NCBI RefSeq assembly: GCF_964204645.1
Contig: NC_134031.1
Coordinates: 20,591,910-20,655,909, forward strand
Length of the DNA stretch: 64,000 bases
Source: Tubulanus polymorphus
Lineage: Eukaryota; Animalia; Nemertea
Direction: 5' to 3'
Below, piece after piece: positions 1-12,690 of this stretch; position 1 is the first letter of the stretch, and the number at the start of each line of letters is the position of its first letter. Under the pieces are notes generated by a model, which saw only the letters and a list, made by a program, of their open reading frames with translations, was not told where the DNA came from and did no database searches. The position numbers and the translations under genes were made by a program.

Positions 1-768
1 TACATATACATACAAACGTACCAGTACATGTACAATAACAAATATATATCTGAAATACTTTTGAACCCTTCGTATTTATCTAATTAGTCCCTCAATCTAC
101 TGGACATCACTCAGGACATTATTGGCAGGTTCAAGGATTGTTTTTCCCAATTGAAGCCAAGGGGTAGAGGCGAGAGAAGAATAGATCAGGATTATATGTA
201 CCTGTTAAATTGTAGTAGTTTCACCTAAGATGAGAGTAATTTGACATGAAATATTAATCTGATTTTCTGAGTATTTTGATATTTTAGGGAGTAATTGAGG
301 TAAAGAGTAGAAAATATGTAATCTCAAATAGAAGCCGTTGTCAAGTTTGGAAAAATGTTAGGCGTACTCAATGGCGCTACCAGGATTCAAACCTATGAAC
401 CTTGGAATAATGAGACCAGTGAGTACGTGACAAAAAGTGAGTATGAACTGCTAGGGCCCTCAGAATCCAGTAATAAAAGTCAATAAAATCAGGGATGGAT
501 TTTCATTTGCGAGGAATAGTCTCAAATATGCTGTTCAATGATAGTAGCAACCAAAATGAACGACGCACGTCTGAGGACTAATGGAATGGGACTTATTTGT
601 GGGTGTTGTCAACCCATCTGAAGTCATACGACAGTTCAGAGTAGTCCTAAAAGAAATACCACATCAGGCAAATCTTATGTCAATAGAACTGGAAGAAAAC
701 TTGGGATTTTTCTGAGGAAATATTTTAATAATGTCAACATTAACAAACCTCGTTTTAGTATTACGTAC

Positions 769-3700
769 CCATGTGAGATCAATTATACTGAAAAAAATAT
801 AAACAATAATATAATCTTCGACATTAATTTGTCATCAGTTAAACAGGTATCTACTGATCAGAGTGTTTCACAGTTAACGGTATAACGCACTTACCTGCTT
901 TGAATTTCATTTAATAATTTCAACGATTCGTTGTCTCGTTTTACCTCATTTACATAAGTTGATAAATCCTAGAAAATAAACCATGTATTATAAACAGACC
1001 CGTAGCCAGGTACCGGGTACTTTCTGTAAGGAGCATTCATCAAATGTAGTAATAGTCAAGGTTCACTATTTCAACCTGAACATTACAGATCAATAGAGTA
1101 TATAATTCATTAATACGTATGACCTACGTGCATAGCATCAAGAGCCTTTTCAAGACCAGCCCTATCTTCATGGTCGCGGTCTGTTTGTTTTAATAATTCC
1201 TGTTCAAAGAAAAAGATTTCTAGGTTAGTGGCGCCGTTCTGATGATGAAAATCAAAATCGAAGAACTTTTCTCATATAGAAAGTTGATCCCTGAAAGTTA
1301 ATTTACTTTGAGCGTAATAAACTGACCTTTAATAATAGATGATATTTGAGTACTCGTTGCATTGGTACCGACAGCAGATCGCGTAGTCGAAATTTACCAT
1401 CATTCGCTTTCTTCTGACATTCCTGAAATCGCAACAAATCCAAAACCACATGAGACTCTTTATTATCTATTTACTTTTCGATTATGAATACAGGGCTAAT
1501 CCTAGAAAGTCCTTAATGACAAATTCTTACCATAATATGTGACTGATAGGTATCATTTTTGCCAATTTCGTCGATGTGAGCTTGTGCGTCTGGCAGGTGA
1601 CTACAAAAATCCCCGTATATCAATAACTTTTGTTTCCACTTCAAGAAACAGTCGCTGATTTTCGGTAATCCTATCGTGCAAGCTTTATATAGTTCACTAT
1701 GAAACCCTGTATGAATCTGTGCCAACTCCTGCAATGAAAAACAAACGTATTTATATTCATACCTCGATCCAAGTGGTGAACAAGTCAGTGACCATACTTA
1801 AGATTTTTTTCAAACTTTTTCATTTCCATGATCCTTGAAAACTCAGTAAGTAAACTTCGAATTTATCCAAATTCAACAGGTTGAATCTATGCTATATAAA
1901 CGTACCTCAACATGTCTGAAGATGACGTCACGATCTCCCTGTGGTATGATGCCCCTCAACGGTCTCATAAAATGCTGAAACGTAAACGACATTTTACTAC
2001 GAACCGATAATCAGTACAACAAAAAAGACCGGTCTAACTGAACAAACAAGAACATAATCAAAACAGCTTCACATGTTTGAATCACTTCAAACTGCTAAAT
2101 CTGATCCATATCGCTTGTAGCGAGCATTTAATAAGAAATCATTGTATACTCACAGTCATTATCATATTGAGAGCATCGACGTAATTCTTCTCGGTTTCAA
2201 CCAGTTCTTTTACGCAATAATCGCGCTTCGATTTCGGTTCTTCCGTCGGACTCTATATAAAAACAGTAGAAATTCTTAATTCAGTTTCACGAACACATAC
2301 TCAGCAATTTCACTTTATCCACGTTCAAAAATTATTTCTTCATCCTTCACCGTTTCATACAGATATTTTTACCGTTTTGCCATAAAACCATCGTCATTTC
2401 AACTCCCATTTTGTTTCGTGATTTCAGAGTAAAATGGGGAGGTCGGCGAATTGAAGGCGATCGCTTCGTGATCATGCATGACACAATATGAAACATTTGT
2501 GGGATTTTACTGTTATTTTTGCATCACGGATTATTGTGATCTTATCGATTCATTGAATAAATCTAATAAGTCTACGTATGATATGTATATACCGGACAAG
2601 CAAAGCAAGCACATTCATCACAACGAAAATCAGAATTCATCTTGCTAGATGAATTCTGCATTCGAAGATTAAAATCATTGTAGATTTGTTAAAAACTAAC
2701 TAAAATCGGTACAAGGAAAGTTAGTGAGGTTAATACCATTCAAAAAATCTTTAAAAACCAAGGTTTAAGCAGATCAGGCTATTTATTCGTGAATGCAAAT
2801 GCTTTGACTAAACTCCTAAAAAGAAACTTAAAAGTTTATAACTCAAATTCTGCAGATCTGCCGCTGTCCTGGATTTCCAAGATAGGGTTAGTACATATAG
2901 ATATAATTTAACAAATGAGGACATTTTTTCCGCCGATAATGATGACGATGAAAGGTGTAATGGAAAGAAATTGAGGAAAACTCAGTCTGCGAGATCTCAC
3001 CAAAAATATCCGGGACCTTATGACTGACTCAAAAATGAAGACTTTTTACTTTTGAAGCACAAAACAGCACCTTCATAATTCAAATTCATCTCACTCATAC
3101 AGCCTAGATAAATCTTCCCCCAAAGACACAAAACATTACACATAAAATACTCTAGTTCTTTGGTACCAGTCGCCCGATCAAAGATTAAGCCTGCAGGACA
3201 TCTTTAACCAACAATTGAGCTACTGGCACCAGGTTTTCACGAAGATTTATTTGGAGGAAAATGAGAAGTTTATCGAGGCTGTATAATTCGTGTGCGTTTC
3301 CATTTTTGTAAACACTATTACAATAGCTCATATAGATATACATAATGTTATAAAGCGATGCATAAAACAAGGACATATCATCATCAAGTGTAGGAGGTTA
3401 ATAACGATGACCAGGCCCTGAAACCGATTGGATCCATAGCACTAGTCAACATTTAGCAAATAATATTCAATGTATATGTTCATTGTATTCAGATATAATA
3501 TGCCAGTTGCGTCGAGGACAGTTGCCTAAAAGTAGATTGAAGTTCAACTTTCTGATGAATACCAAACCATTGAAATGATGAAATTTTTTGAATCGACACT
3601 ATGTCAATTATCCACAGGTCAACTTGAACCAACTCTTAAGCAACTAGCCCTCGAAATTTCATAAATTCTCACATTTCTTCCAAAAATTTTGACTGAAACA

Positions 3701-6700
3701 TTTGGATACCAAAATGGAAATTCTTCCAAACTTTTTTACTAAAGAAAATGATCCTTTTCATACAGATACCAGGGTGTACAGATTGGGTAGCAAGTTTCTA
3801 CTGTACGAAATGACTTTTTTGAAATTTCGGATAATTTAAAGCCTTCCAAAAATTGAGAGTAAACTTAAATTAAAAATAGAATTTGAATTGAAAATGAACC
3901 AGAAACTAGAAACAATTCTGATTTTGAGAGTATTTTGATATTTTTGGGCGTAGTTGAACTCCAGTAGTAAAATAGAAACTACTCTCAAATACAGAAATAG
4001 TCGTACCCAGGTCTGCATGTACATAATACTCTAAATGAGAATTGATGAAATTCGATTGGATACTAAAAGTTAGCAGGTCACAAAGGTCATTCATACATGT
4101 GGCGCGGTAACCGAGGAGGGACGGTTCGCGACAAAAACGTCGTAAATTTTTTCGCCTTCTTCGTCGGAATCGGAATCCATGTCGTAAACGCCGGCTGAGT
4201 GATTCTCCAAACCGCTGAAAATATTAGAAAAACAAATAACGCGATGGCTACAAACGTTATCGAGATCTCGCGTACGTGACTCGTTCGTCAGCAGCCTCCG
4301 TGTCCATCTCCAGTTACACGTATTACTCCAGTTCCAAGAAGAGTTGGATTAAATTCATCCGATCACCCAATACATTGTCGCTATCTGAAAATTTGTCCAA
4401 TCAGTGTTTAGATATTCCTATGTGGTATTGAACAGCAATTAAAATCTATACGTCAACCAAAACTTCGACCAATGACTGGAACCGTGAAAGCCCTGAAATT
4501 TGAAATAAAATGTCGTAATTCATCGAGATTGTTATGGAAAATTCACCACAAATATATTGCCGCAGAAAAGCCTTGATATAAGAAATGCCTTCAAAATAAA
4601 TGAGCCTGAAATATAATAAGAATGAGCCTTCTGACGCAGTCGACTGTGGATATCAAGGATTCCACTCATGGCATCCACCAGACGCCAATATAGTGCATTA
4701 CGACATCACGATGCCGGATTTTTTTTCAGATTTATCTTACTTCTATGAACAAATGATGAATGAAATCGTGCCATATTTTAACCCTAAACATCAATCTGGG
4801 TTTATCTTATCTATCGAGACATGATTTGCTTAGTTTTTGAAGAAAGGCGATAAAAATCTAGATCAAAAGTTATTAGAAAATAAACGAAATTTTGATAGAG
4901 TTGTCCAGTGCACGTCAATTAGCGGGAACTCTGGTGGCGCGGTGTCCCCATCGAATACCGTTACGAGATCTGAAATAAAGAGATGATACATATCTAGCGA
5001 GATGAACTAAATCATAGAGGTCGCAGACAGCTACAAGGTAGAGCAAAGATTGAGGGAAAATTATCTGTTAGATCTAATACATAATCACACGCACACCAGA
5101 CGAAAGAAATCATAGCTAATCACTTCATCATTATAGATAGATACAGGGAGCAGACAAACGAAAAAGCTAATTCTATTCTTCTATGTCTATTCTATAAATA
5201 AAACATCATAAATCGAACGCAGATTCCTTCTTTTTTTTTTAAGGCGCAGAGAATCAGTTGCCGTTAATAATCATGTGAACAAGATGCTTATCATCATATC
5301 ATCATAGCAGAAAATGATTTCCAATCAATGCAGGTACTGATTATAGACACCACCATTTTATTGCTAGAGCATCGTGTTTATGCAGCTGATAGCTGGTTCT
5401 CAACACAATAAAGAGATTTAACTGCGTTGTTTTTTCTGAACCAATCACCCTTTCAGACTTATGATACGGCAGACAGATCTAAAGCAGTCAATCTTAGCGT
5501 TACTTGAAAGTGACTTCAAAACGAAACTCTACGGTTAACCTAGGCCTCAAACGATGATACTTATTGACTAGACCAGACCGTTTTATCATTTTTCATAAAG
5601 AACCTTCTTGAAAAATCTTGCAACGCAATTTGCATTCTCGGTTAAAGATGCTTGTTATTTATTCGAGAGTATGCAGGTCTAGTATGAAACTGAAATTCAC
5701 CTTGATCCAAAAAGACTCGGTACATGTACCGGTACATCAAGTTGCTTTGTATCATTTTAACGTGTTTCACAATCATAATAAACTGTGGACCCAGATCCAC
5801 TGCTCAAATGAACAATCTTACGCATAGTTTAGACTTTAACCGATTTCGAACTCGGTTTGGCTTAGTAGTACGTATCATACGTTCTGAAAGGGTACGGTAC
5901 AGAAAACATTATCAAATCTTTTTATTTCATTCACAAGAAAAAGATGTAGATTTTGAGACGTCCGAAAAATGTATGGTAGTTACGTAGTAAAGAATTTAAG
6001 AAAGGATCTGAAAAAACCGCGTGCAAACATCAAATAAACCCATTTCTAGATGGCACTGTATTCATCGAAACATGGTCTTGTGATACATCAATGTTCATAC
6101 TACTCAATCAATACAATAGAGATGATATTTGTGTCAACCACGACACAGATTATTCAACGTTTCTCGACTATTTCTTATAGTGATCTTTATGAATACTGAA
6201 GATGACTTATGTGAGCGTTTGGCCATTTAACACGTCCACTGCCACTGAACTAATACCGCTCTGCACCCAATTGCCACTATGAATATACTCATATAGGTTG
6301 GCGCTGGAGCTGTTAGAGCTTTAGCTCAAAATTGACCAATGAACTTTGAGAATGAAGCAGAGCTTTTTCAACAGCCAATCAGGAACTGTGTCCCGTCTGC
6401 TAAAGTGCAAATTTCAAACTGCAAATAGGAAGAATCAGCTACGAATATATCCATAGTGGCGCTGGTGACAGAACCGTAATTATGAGTATGTTCTTAGCCG
6501 GCAGCGAACGTGTTAAAGGAAATACATGATACGCCAGTGCCATCTATTAACGAGAAAACGTAACGTAGAAACACTACTCCAAAAAGATTAGGCAAACACA
6601 ACGTAATGAATAACCAGCATGTTTTCGTTATATACCGGTTGTTGAGCGCGACATGAACAGAGATCCTCGTAAATATCCTGTTCCTCTTCCATCGGGTCTC

Positions 6701-9700
6701 GATAGATACTCTCGGTATCGTTCTCCATTTCCCTAAAGTAGCATCGCGTAAAAAAAACGAACAACATTAGAACATACAGCGGTCATTGTGAATGGGATGA
6801 CGATATTAACTGTCACCAAATCACTGATGAACATGTATAGGCTAATTATATAGTACTCTCGTCAGGAGAGACATGATCCCCATCCCGTACTGTTTTTGTT
6901 TTCATAAACCAGGATCCAGCTCTATTGTTCTTGTCTCATAATTCATCTCTCAGATTAAGACATTGAATGCACTGTTTCGCTCCCGGCAGGTGAAGTGGGC
7001 TTGTAATGGATACACCAAATAAACATAAATAAATTATGGACTAATACCTTCTCTAGAGTCTAACTTTTCTGAGATCTATAGTACTGGACCCTTTGAGTCA
7101 GAGATAGGTTATAAGCCCTGACCAAGAAACATATCTTCACCGGGGTTCAAAACCTAAAAGCTCTCGGTTGTGAGTCAAAACTCAATCTACCAAGTCATGA
7201 CGAGGGCAGTAAGACAGTTTGAAGTGGATAACGTGGTCTGGGATTACGTACATACTACGTGCGCAGGTATGAAAACATCAAAGTAGTATTACTGGGTAAG
7301 AAATGAACAGGATTCTGAACAGGATTCCCCAAACAGGATTGTAATGATCGATGATCATTGAACATACCAGTAGTTTCTATAGGCAGCTATACTGCAGAGA
7401 TCTTACAGCTAACCGTATTGGTTGTCAAATATAAGAAGTGTTTTACATGACAGATCCTCGATGAAGTTTGTAAATCATTAGTTGTTGCTCCAGCACTGGT
7501 TGGCTAATAAACTATATCGACGTCATGTGCAGGATGTTAATACAGGGCGACGGGTATACTGGCAGCTCAACAGGTTCCCCATCACGTTATCCCTGAGACA
7601 GAAATCAGTTCCCTGTGTTTTCTAGAATGGTGGTCACCTCGTTGTGACATTCCACGAGAACACCATCAGAATAACCCAGCACGGTAGATAAACGATTTTT
7701 TAAACAAACAATTCATTCATTTTCGTCGTCGTCGTAAATAAGGAAGGAAAGCGCTCAGCGAGCTCAGAAAAATCTTCGTGCAATTTAAGTACGAAACATT
7801 TCTTTTCTTTAAAATTAAATCTTCATTATGAATGAATTGATCAGTAAAAATACTTACGGCACAAGTAAATCCAATCCATTATAATATTCGTGTTCAATGT
7901 CGACTGATTCATTTCGAGGCGGAAAACCGCTAAAATAAAACATAAGAAATTTAAATTACAAATTAAATTAAATCATTCCTGAAAGAAATATTTCAACTTT
8001 ATACTACTGATTATAGATGAATTTGGTCCCATGGATTATTTTCGAACCTTCCTCTAAAAAAACTAATAACTAACCTGCCAACAGCTGCCTGAGCTTGTGG
8101 AGTTTTCGACAGTTTTGATAAAGTGCTGATCACCTATTAAGAAAAAAGAAAAAAAAAACGCGATTAAATCTTAGTGCGATAATCAATAACGAATGAACTT
8201 GTTTTTAAACTGATTAAATCTGTCGATCTGAAATATACTGTAAATGTGATGTAAGCAAATAATTCTGATTTTTCAGCCTGAAGTCGAAAGAGATAAAAGT
8301 AAAAGGAAGTGATAAAGTTTGAGCGAAGCGTTCACTTCCACGGATTCTTCTAAGTATTGTTTTTCACTGATAAATCACGCGTAGTGAAGATATAACGTTT
8401 AAGTGGGAAAAGAAAACCGAAACATAACAAGATTATGAACAGTTACTGTTTTAACCCACGTCGAAACTTCAAGCATTAATTCACCAGGATCTAATCCCAT
8501 TATACGGCTCGTGCAGAGACGATTTGGCCCTCGAGTCAAATTTGGGCTGTGAGGCTTCCCTGGGTTCTTCTAATTCTCTGAGTTTGGCAGGTTTTCCAAG
8601 ACAGTGGCCAACTTGTTACAAACCTGTCGGGTTACCAACCGACAGACAGGTAGACGATTAGCTAAAGCCAACTTGAATCATGCATCAAGTATATCTATCA
8701 TGTCTCGACCAAAGCCACTCTGATATTGTGGCCGTGTGCTGAGGCGCTATTAACATCATCAATCAGGGTACCGACAATGCTACTAGGGTAGCGAGCAAGG
8801 ATTCTCCGGGTGGCCAGTCCCAGCTGAAATGCACATTGTTTCCCCTGACTTGAATTGATTTGCTAAGAATGTTATCAACTAACACAGTCAAATACGTAAG
8901 ACATGGACGAAAACTGTTTCACTTAACCCGCAATCTAGCAAACATATTTGCTTGTTTAATCCCGGAGTTTAAGCTTTTTTTTTAACAAATTTCCAGACTA
9001 TTCCCTGATTTCTTAAAGGAAAGAAAATCCTCAGACTTTTTCCTGATTTCCAGGTATCCGTGACGATCCGCCAGTGGTTTTACTGGGTTATCGCGCTTCA
9101 GTGAAATTTATACCATACACCGAGTGAAAAAGTGAATCTTATATCTATCCAATAACTTATTCGATAATCTTTAGATTAATAGCCAGGTCAATGATCTCCC
9201 CGTCCCGGGTCGATAACAAACAGCATTCGAGGATTTGAAAGGGTTAAAACATACCTTGCCGAAGTTTCTCATATCGAACAGATCGTACGAATCGAACAAA
9301 TCACTTTCTCTCATCGCGAACGTGATTTTACACGTTTGTAAAAACGCTCGTATATTCTTCAGGCATAAGAACTGCAACGATAAAAAGAGACATTTAACGT
9401 AAAACTTTAAAAATTGGAACATTCCGCGCTTTAAAGTCATCATCTATCTCCGTCTGTTCAACAGGGAATGATTTCATGCGTTCACCGTATTTTGATGATC
9501 ACTTCCTGAAAATATGGTACCGTATTTTGATGATCACTTCCTGAAAATATGGTGAAGCGCCCTGTACCACAATTCTACAGGGTGGCGCCACTTTCCACCG
9601 ATTCACAATGTCGAGTTTTCCATGATTTTTCTCGGTTTTAACAAAAAATTAGAGTAATTTCTAGGATTAAAATTTCACAATTCATTCATTTTTCACAGCG

Positions 9701-12059
9701 AAACATGCACAGATGAAGAAACAATAAAATGGTCAATAAAATATTCACATTTCCTGAGCTTTCCAGGTTTTCCAGGTCAGTAGCCACCCTGCATCCCAAC
9801 CTAAAGTTCATCGAAGAGTTTGCGATAATCTCAAGGGATTTTTTTTATAAACCAGGAGAATTTAGACAGAGGTATTTTTTCGCACATGATTTAAAGTAGC
9901 TGTCTGTCTCCCGCCACCAATTACCCAATAATGGGTTACTATGGAAACAACTACCGGGCAAACATTTGTAACAAGTAATTTGTACATCGGACGAAAACCA
10001 TAAACTATGAGAGCTGGACAAAAAGGTCAAGGCCTTTCATTGCCCTTTAATACGTGATAAAACTATCTTGCCTTAGTAAGAGCATTGGCAGAAAGATTCA
10101 GTAGACTCCCGTACTTGTCCACATGGACAAACGATCAGGTTTAATTGAAAGTGAACTCGTGATAATTCAAATTTTAAGAGCATATATTTCAATAGGTTAA
10201 AATCTATGACTGAGAGAAAACAAACTACTACCCGATATCAGGAGGGGGGGGGGCGTATTTTGTACCAGTTTTTGGAGTTAATATTTGACATTAGTATTCA
10301 ATAAGGGAATCAGGATCACTTGAAAAATGAAACTGCGAAAGAGGAGTTCACAACTGAAACACCCACAGGCCAATTTGAAAGACAAATGATTTCTGTGAAC
10401 TGAATATCAAATAAAATCAAACTGTCTTCGAAAGATAAGTCGTCACCTCGCTGAACAGTTGTCATATTTTTAAACGTAATGATGGTCTCAACTGAAGACG
10501 ACATAAAGCAGGTTGGACTGTATTTACTTTGCTTTTCCAGAGCATCATTTACTGGCTGGTTGACATTTCAAGATAGTCAATAGTAAGCCCTACATAGATT
10601 TGCAGCTTTAAACTACACTGGGGGGTTATAATAAAGGTCATTGATTCAATAATAAGATATGATGATTCTTATTTGAGCTCAAGGTTGTCATTATGAATCA
10701 TTCTTATGTAGTCACATTTGCTGCCTGACCCAAAACCCCAATACACCACACAGAATTTGATAGTTTAAGCTCTTTTCGTCATTTATCTTAAAAATATCGC
10801 AGTGGATATTTTACTGTATGCGGCAAAGTGTTAACTTCCGCTATCTTACCATACATCGTCGCTGATTGGCTGATTAATGCCGCCCATGCGCAGAAAGGTG
10901 CGCGACTTAGAAAATTCGAGGAAAGTGTGGAGAATAGAGTTAGAGAAAATAGAGCGGATTGAGCGAGACTCGAACCCGGGCCAGTAAATTACTAGCGCAG
11001 CATCATACCACCAGACCACCGAGCTCGCTGAAAACCAATCTATCTAATAGTACTTCACCTTACCCTAATCCTATTCCTAGGGGTAAAACGGACCCTAACC
11101 CTATGGGTCCTTTAGACCCTAAACCCATCGGAACCCTAACCCTAACCCCAATAAAATGATTATAGTAATGATGTAGGGTAAAATAGCGGAAGTTAAATAT
11201 CCACTTCATTACCTTTTGGTTTAAAACAAACTACAAATCCTTGATGTAACTTTGCCTTCACTCAAATGAATAACATAGCAGTTTGTTACTGACTAAACCA
11301 CAGTCCTGTTTATGACTGAATAAACTGCAGTCCAGTTAGGCCTACTGTCTAAAACAAAAAAGTCCTCCTGTTGCTGCAGTCAGGAAGGTACTGAGTAAAC
11401 CGCACGTTGGCCTAGGGGAATCAGGGGGAAGCAATAGGTGATGATTGAATTATCATTAAAATCACCAAGTCAGTGTGTTAGGCGCGCTTGAAGAATTCTT
11501 TTGAGGATTCATTGAGACTGAACCATATAACTGACAAAACATGACTAAACCGCAGTCCAGTTACTGACTAAACAGCAGTCCTGTGACTGACTACAAAGCA
11601 GTCCTGTGACTGCCTAAAGCAAAGTCAATAGTTAAGAGGCCTTCAGTGTAAAAAAGTAGTAGTAGTCGAAGAAAATGACGTAAAACTACATCATTACCAG
11701 TGAAATGGTGAGCGATATAAAGTAGACATTCAATTCATCTTACGATAATATATAAATAAAATATCATTGCAGAGAGTAGAAACAATACCTTCAAAATAAC
11801 CAAACCGAAACTTATTTTTTGACAATCTAATTACACCTACCTGCGACATTTGAGGTCGGGAGTTGAAGTCTTTCGGATCGACGCAGTTCGCCGATAGAAC
11901 GTTCAATAGGTGACATATTAATACACCGTCTCGTAGACTTTGTGCTAGGTGTACGACCTCGGCGTCTGGCCCAGTAGCTTCGTGGTTCGCCGGTAAAACT
12001 TTACACCTGACGAGCCATTCTACACACATTCGCCATTCTTCCTTGTTAGCCGCAGCCAT
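769..12059 (-). CDS. VAV: Vav family Rho/Rac guanine nucleotide exchange factor, 5' part (CH, acidic and DH domains); continues beyond the window start
   Basis: Hand-spliced GT-AG exons stay in frame: 12059-11841, 9371-9255, 8133-8075, 7929-7858, 6732-6636, 2252-2154, 1974-1906, 1728-1531, 1422-1327, 1199-1128, 968-895, 787-769. Translation gives the Vav CH domain ([10 protein letters not shown]...[13 protein letters not shown]...[17 protein letters not shown]), acidic tyrosines (HEYYNGL, ESIYRD, QDIYEDL) and DH domain ([16 protein letters not shown]...[26 protein letters not shown]...[10 protein letters not shown]). Confidence 0.95.
4097..4214 (-). CDS. VAV: Alternative Vav acidic-region exon ([39 protein letters not shown])
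   Basis: ttttcag acceptor and gtatga donor, 118 nt, open frame. Phase 2 in and phase 0 out, as for exon 6732-6636. Carries two tyrosines in acidic context, including EKIYD. Confidence 0.75.
4276..4384 (-). CDS. VAV: Candidate internal start exon of a short Vav isoform (5'UTR + [14 protein letters not shown] at 4307)
   Basis: ttttcag acceptor; stops in all three frames; an ATG-led frame ends in phase 2 at a GT donor, and a 61-nt intron joins it in frame to exon 4214-4097. Confidence 0.5.
6227..6516. mobile_element. piggyBac-like non-autonomous element (MITE)
   Basis: TTAA at both ends and imperfect TIRs (CACGTCCACTGCC / GGCAGCGAACGTG); a diverged copy lies at about 21103-21330. Confidence 0.65.
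9484..9553. repeat. Exact 35-bp tandem duplication
   Basis: accgtattttgatgatcacttcctgaaaatatggt occurs twice in tandem. Confidence 0.9.
9578..9791. mobile_element. MITE-like element with CAGGGTGGC...GCCACCCTG termini
   Basis: 9-bp terminal inverted repeat and internal ttcc(c/a)(t/g)ga motifs. Related fragments at about 8830-9060, 18960-19130, 24330-24435, 25085-25260, 31730-31820 and 32190-32250. Confidence 0.55.
10801..11205. mobile_element. Composite inverted-repeat element containing a tRNA-derived segment and CCCTAA-like repeats
   Basis: agtggatatt...ttaacttccgctatcttaccatacatc (10801-10857) is the inverted repeat of gatgtagggtaaaatagcggaagttaaatatccact (11170-11205). Confidence 0.65.
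10955..11028 (-). other. tRNA-derived (SINE-head-like) sequence with Pol III A and B boxes; not a functional tRNA
   Basis: The minus strand reads TGGTCTGGTGGTA...GGCCCGGGTTCGAGTCTCG; acceptor and anticodon stems do not pair. Confidence 0.6.
11277..11626. repeat. Degenerate ~20-bp repeats (gactaaaccgcagtcc(a/t)g...) in Vav intron 1
   Basis: Two clusters of related units at about 11277-11350 and 11540-11626. Confidence 0.6.
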
Positions 12060-12690
12060 TTTGTTTTTTTCCAGATGATTCAATGGGGAGCTGCAACGCC
12101 AGCTGTCCCCTACAGGTGGCGCTCAAGTCAAAGTGGGTGAACAAAATTGGCCATTATCCATTTGAATTTTCAGATGGCCTAGAAGCCCCTGTTCTCGTGG
12201 CTTTTTCACAAACAAGAGGTGGTGAGGTTCGAACCCTAATTCAATTGCGATTAACTTCGCCTGCACTGGTCAACCAGTCTAACCAATCTAGGGCCTAGGG
12301 TTAGGGTTATCTTCTTAGACCGGCAACCAGTCTCTCTGGACCTGGTAACCAGTCTATCGTGGTAATTGTTGCAAAGAAAAATGATATCACGAATATTTTA
12401 ATTTTAATGATCCACCTTATCAGCTGATGATACCATTTAATGATTGTCCTATCAATTTGAAATATTTCTCATCTTACATATTTGTTCTTATTTTAAGAAT
12501 ATTTAGTATTTTTAGCCCAAAATTACAAATCTTATATTTTCCAGCATGTTTCGCTGTTACAGGGGTACGCCACCGAAATTCCGTAAATCGAAAAATCTCG
12601 CCTTTTAAAACGGTATTATAACCTATTCCACTATCTACTGTCGACGGATTTTAGCGCGTAGAATCATCGTCAGCTGCAGGATGATCGGTA
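12060..12690. promoter_or_regulatory. Probable bidirectional promoter region between Vav (-) and the CaaX-ORF/RABEPK locus (+)
   Basis: Head-to-head arrangement: Vav ATG at 12059 and a strong + strand donor (atcg|gtaaga) at 12687/12688. AACCAGTCT occurs three times at about 12268-12356. Confidence 0.4.

Noticed and set aside
7135-7200. Short B-box-like remnants (also about 380, 60965 and 62080)
   Set aside because: Too degenerate to delimit; probably old SINE fragments.
7487-7594. Possible extra Vav exon (tctcag|g [10 protein letters not shown]...)
   Set aside because: Reaches a stop with no clear donor and has no Vav-like motif.
10955-11028. Functional tRNA gene
   Set aside because: A and B boxes are present but the cloverleaf stems do not form, so it is reported as tRNA-derived.
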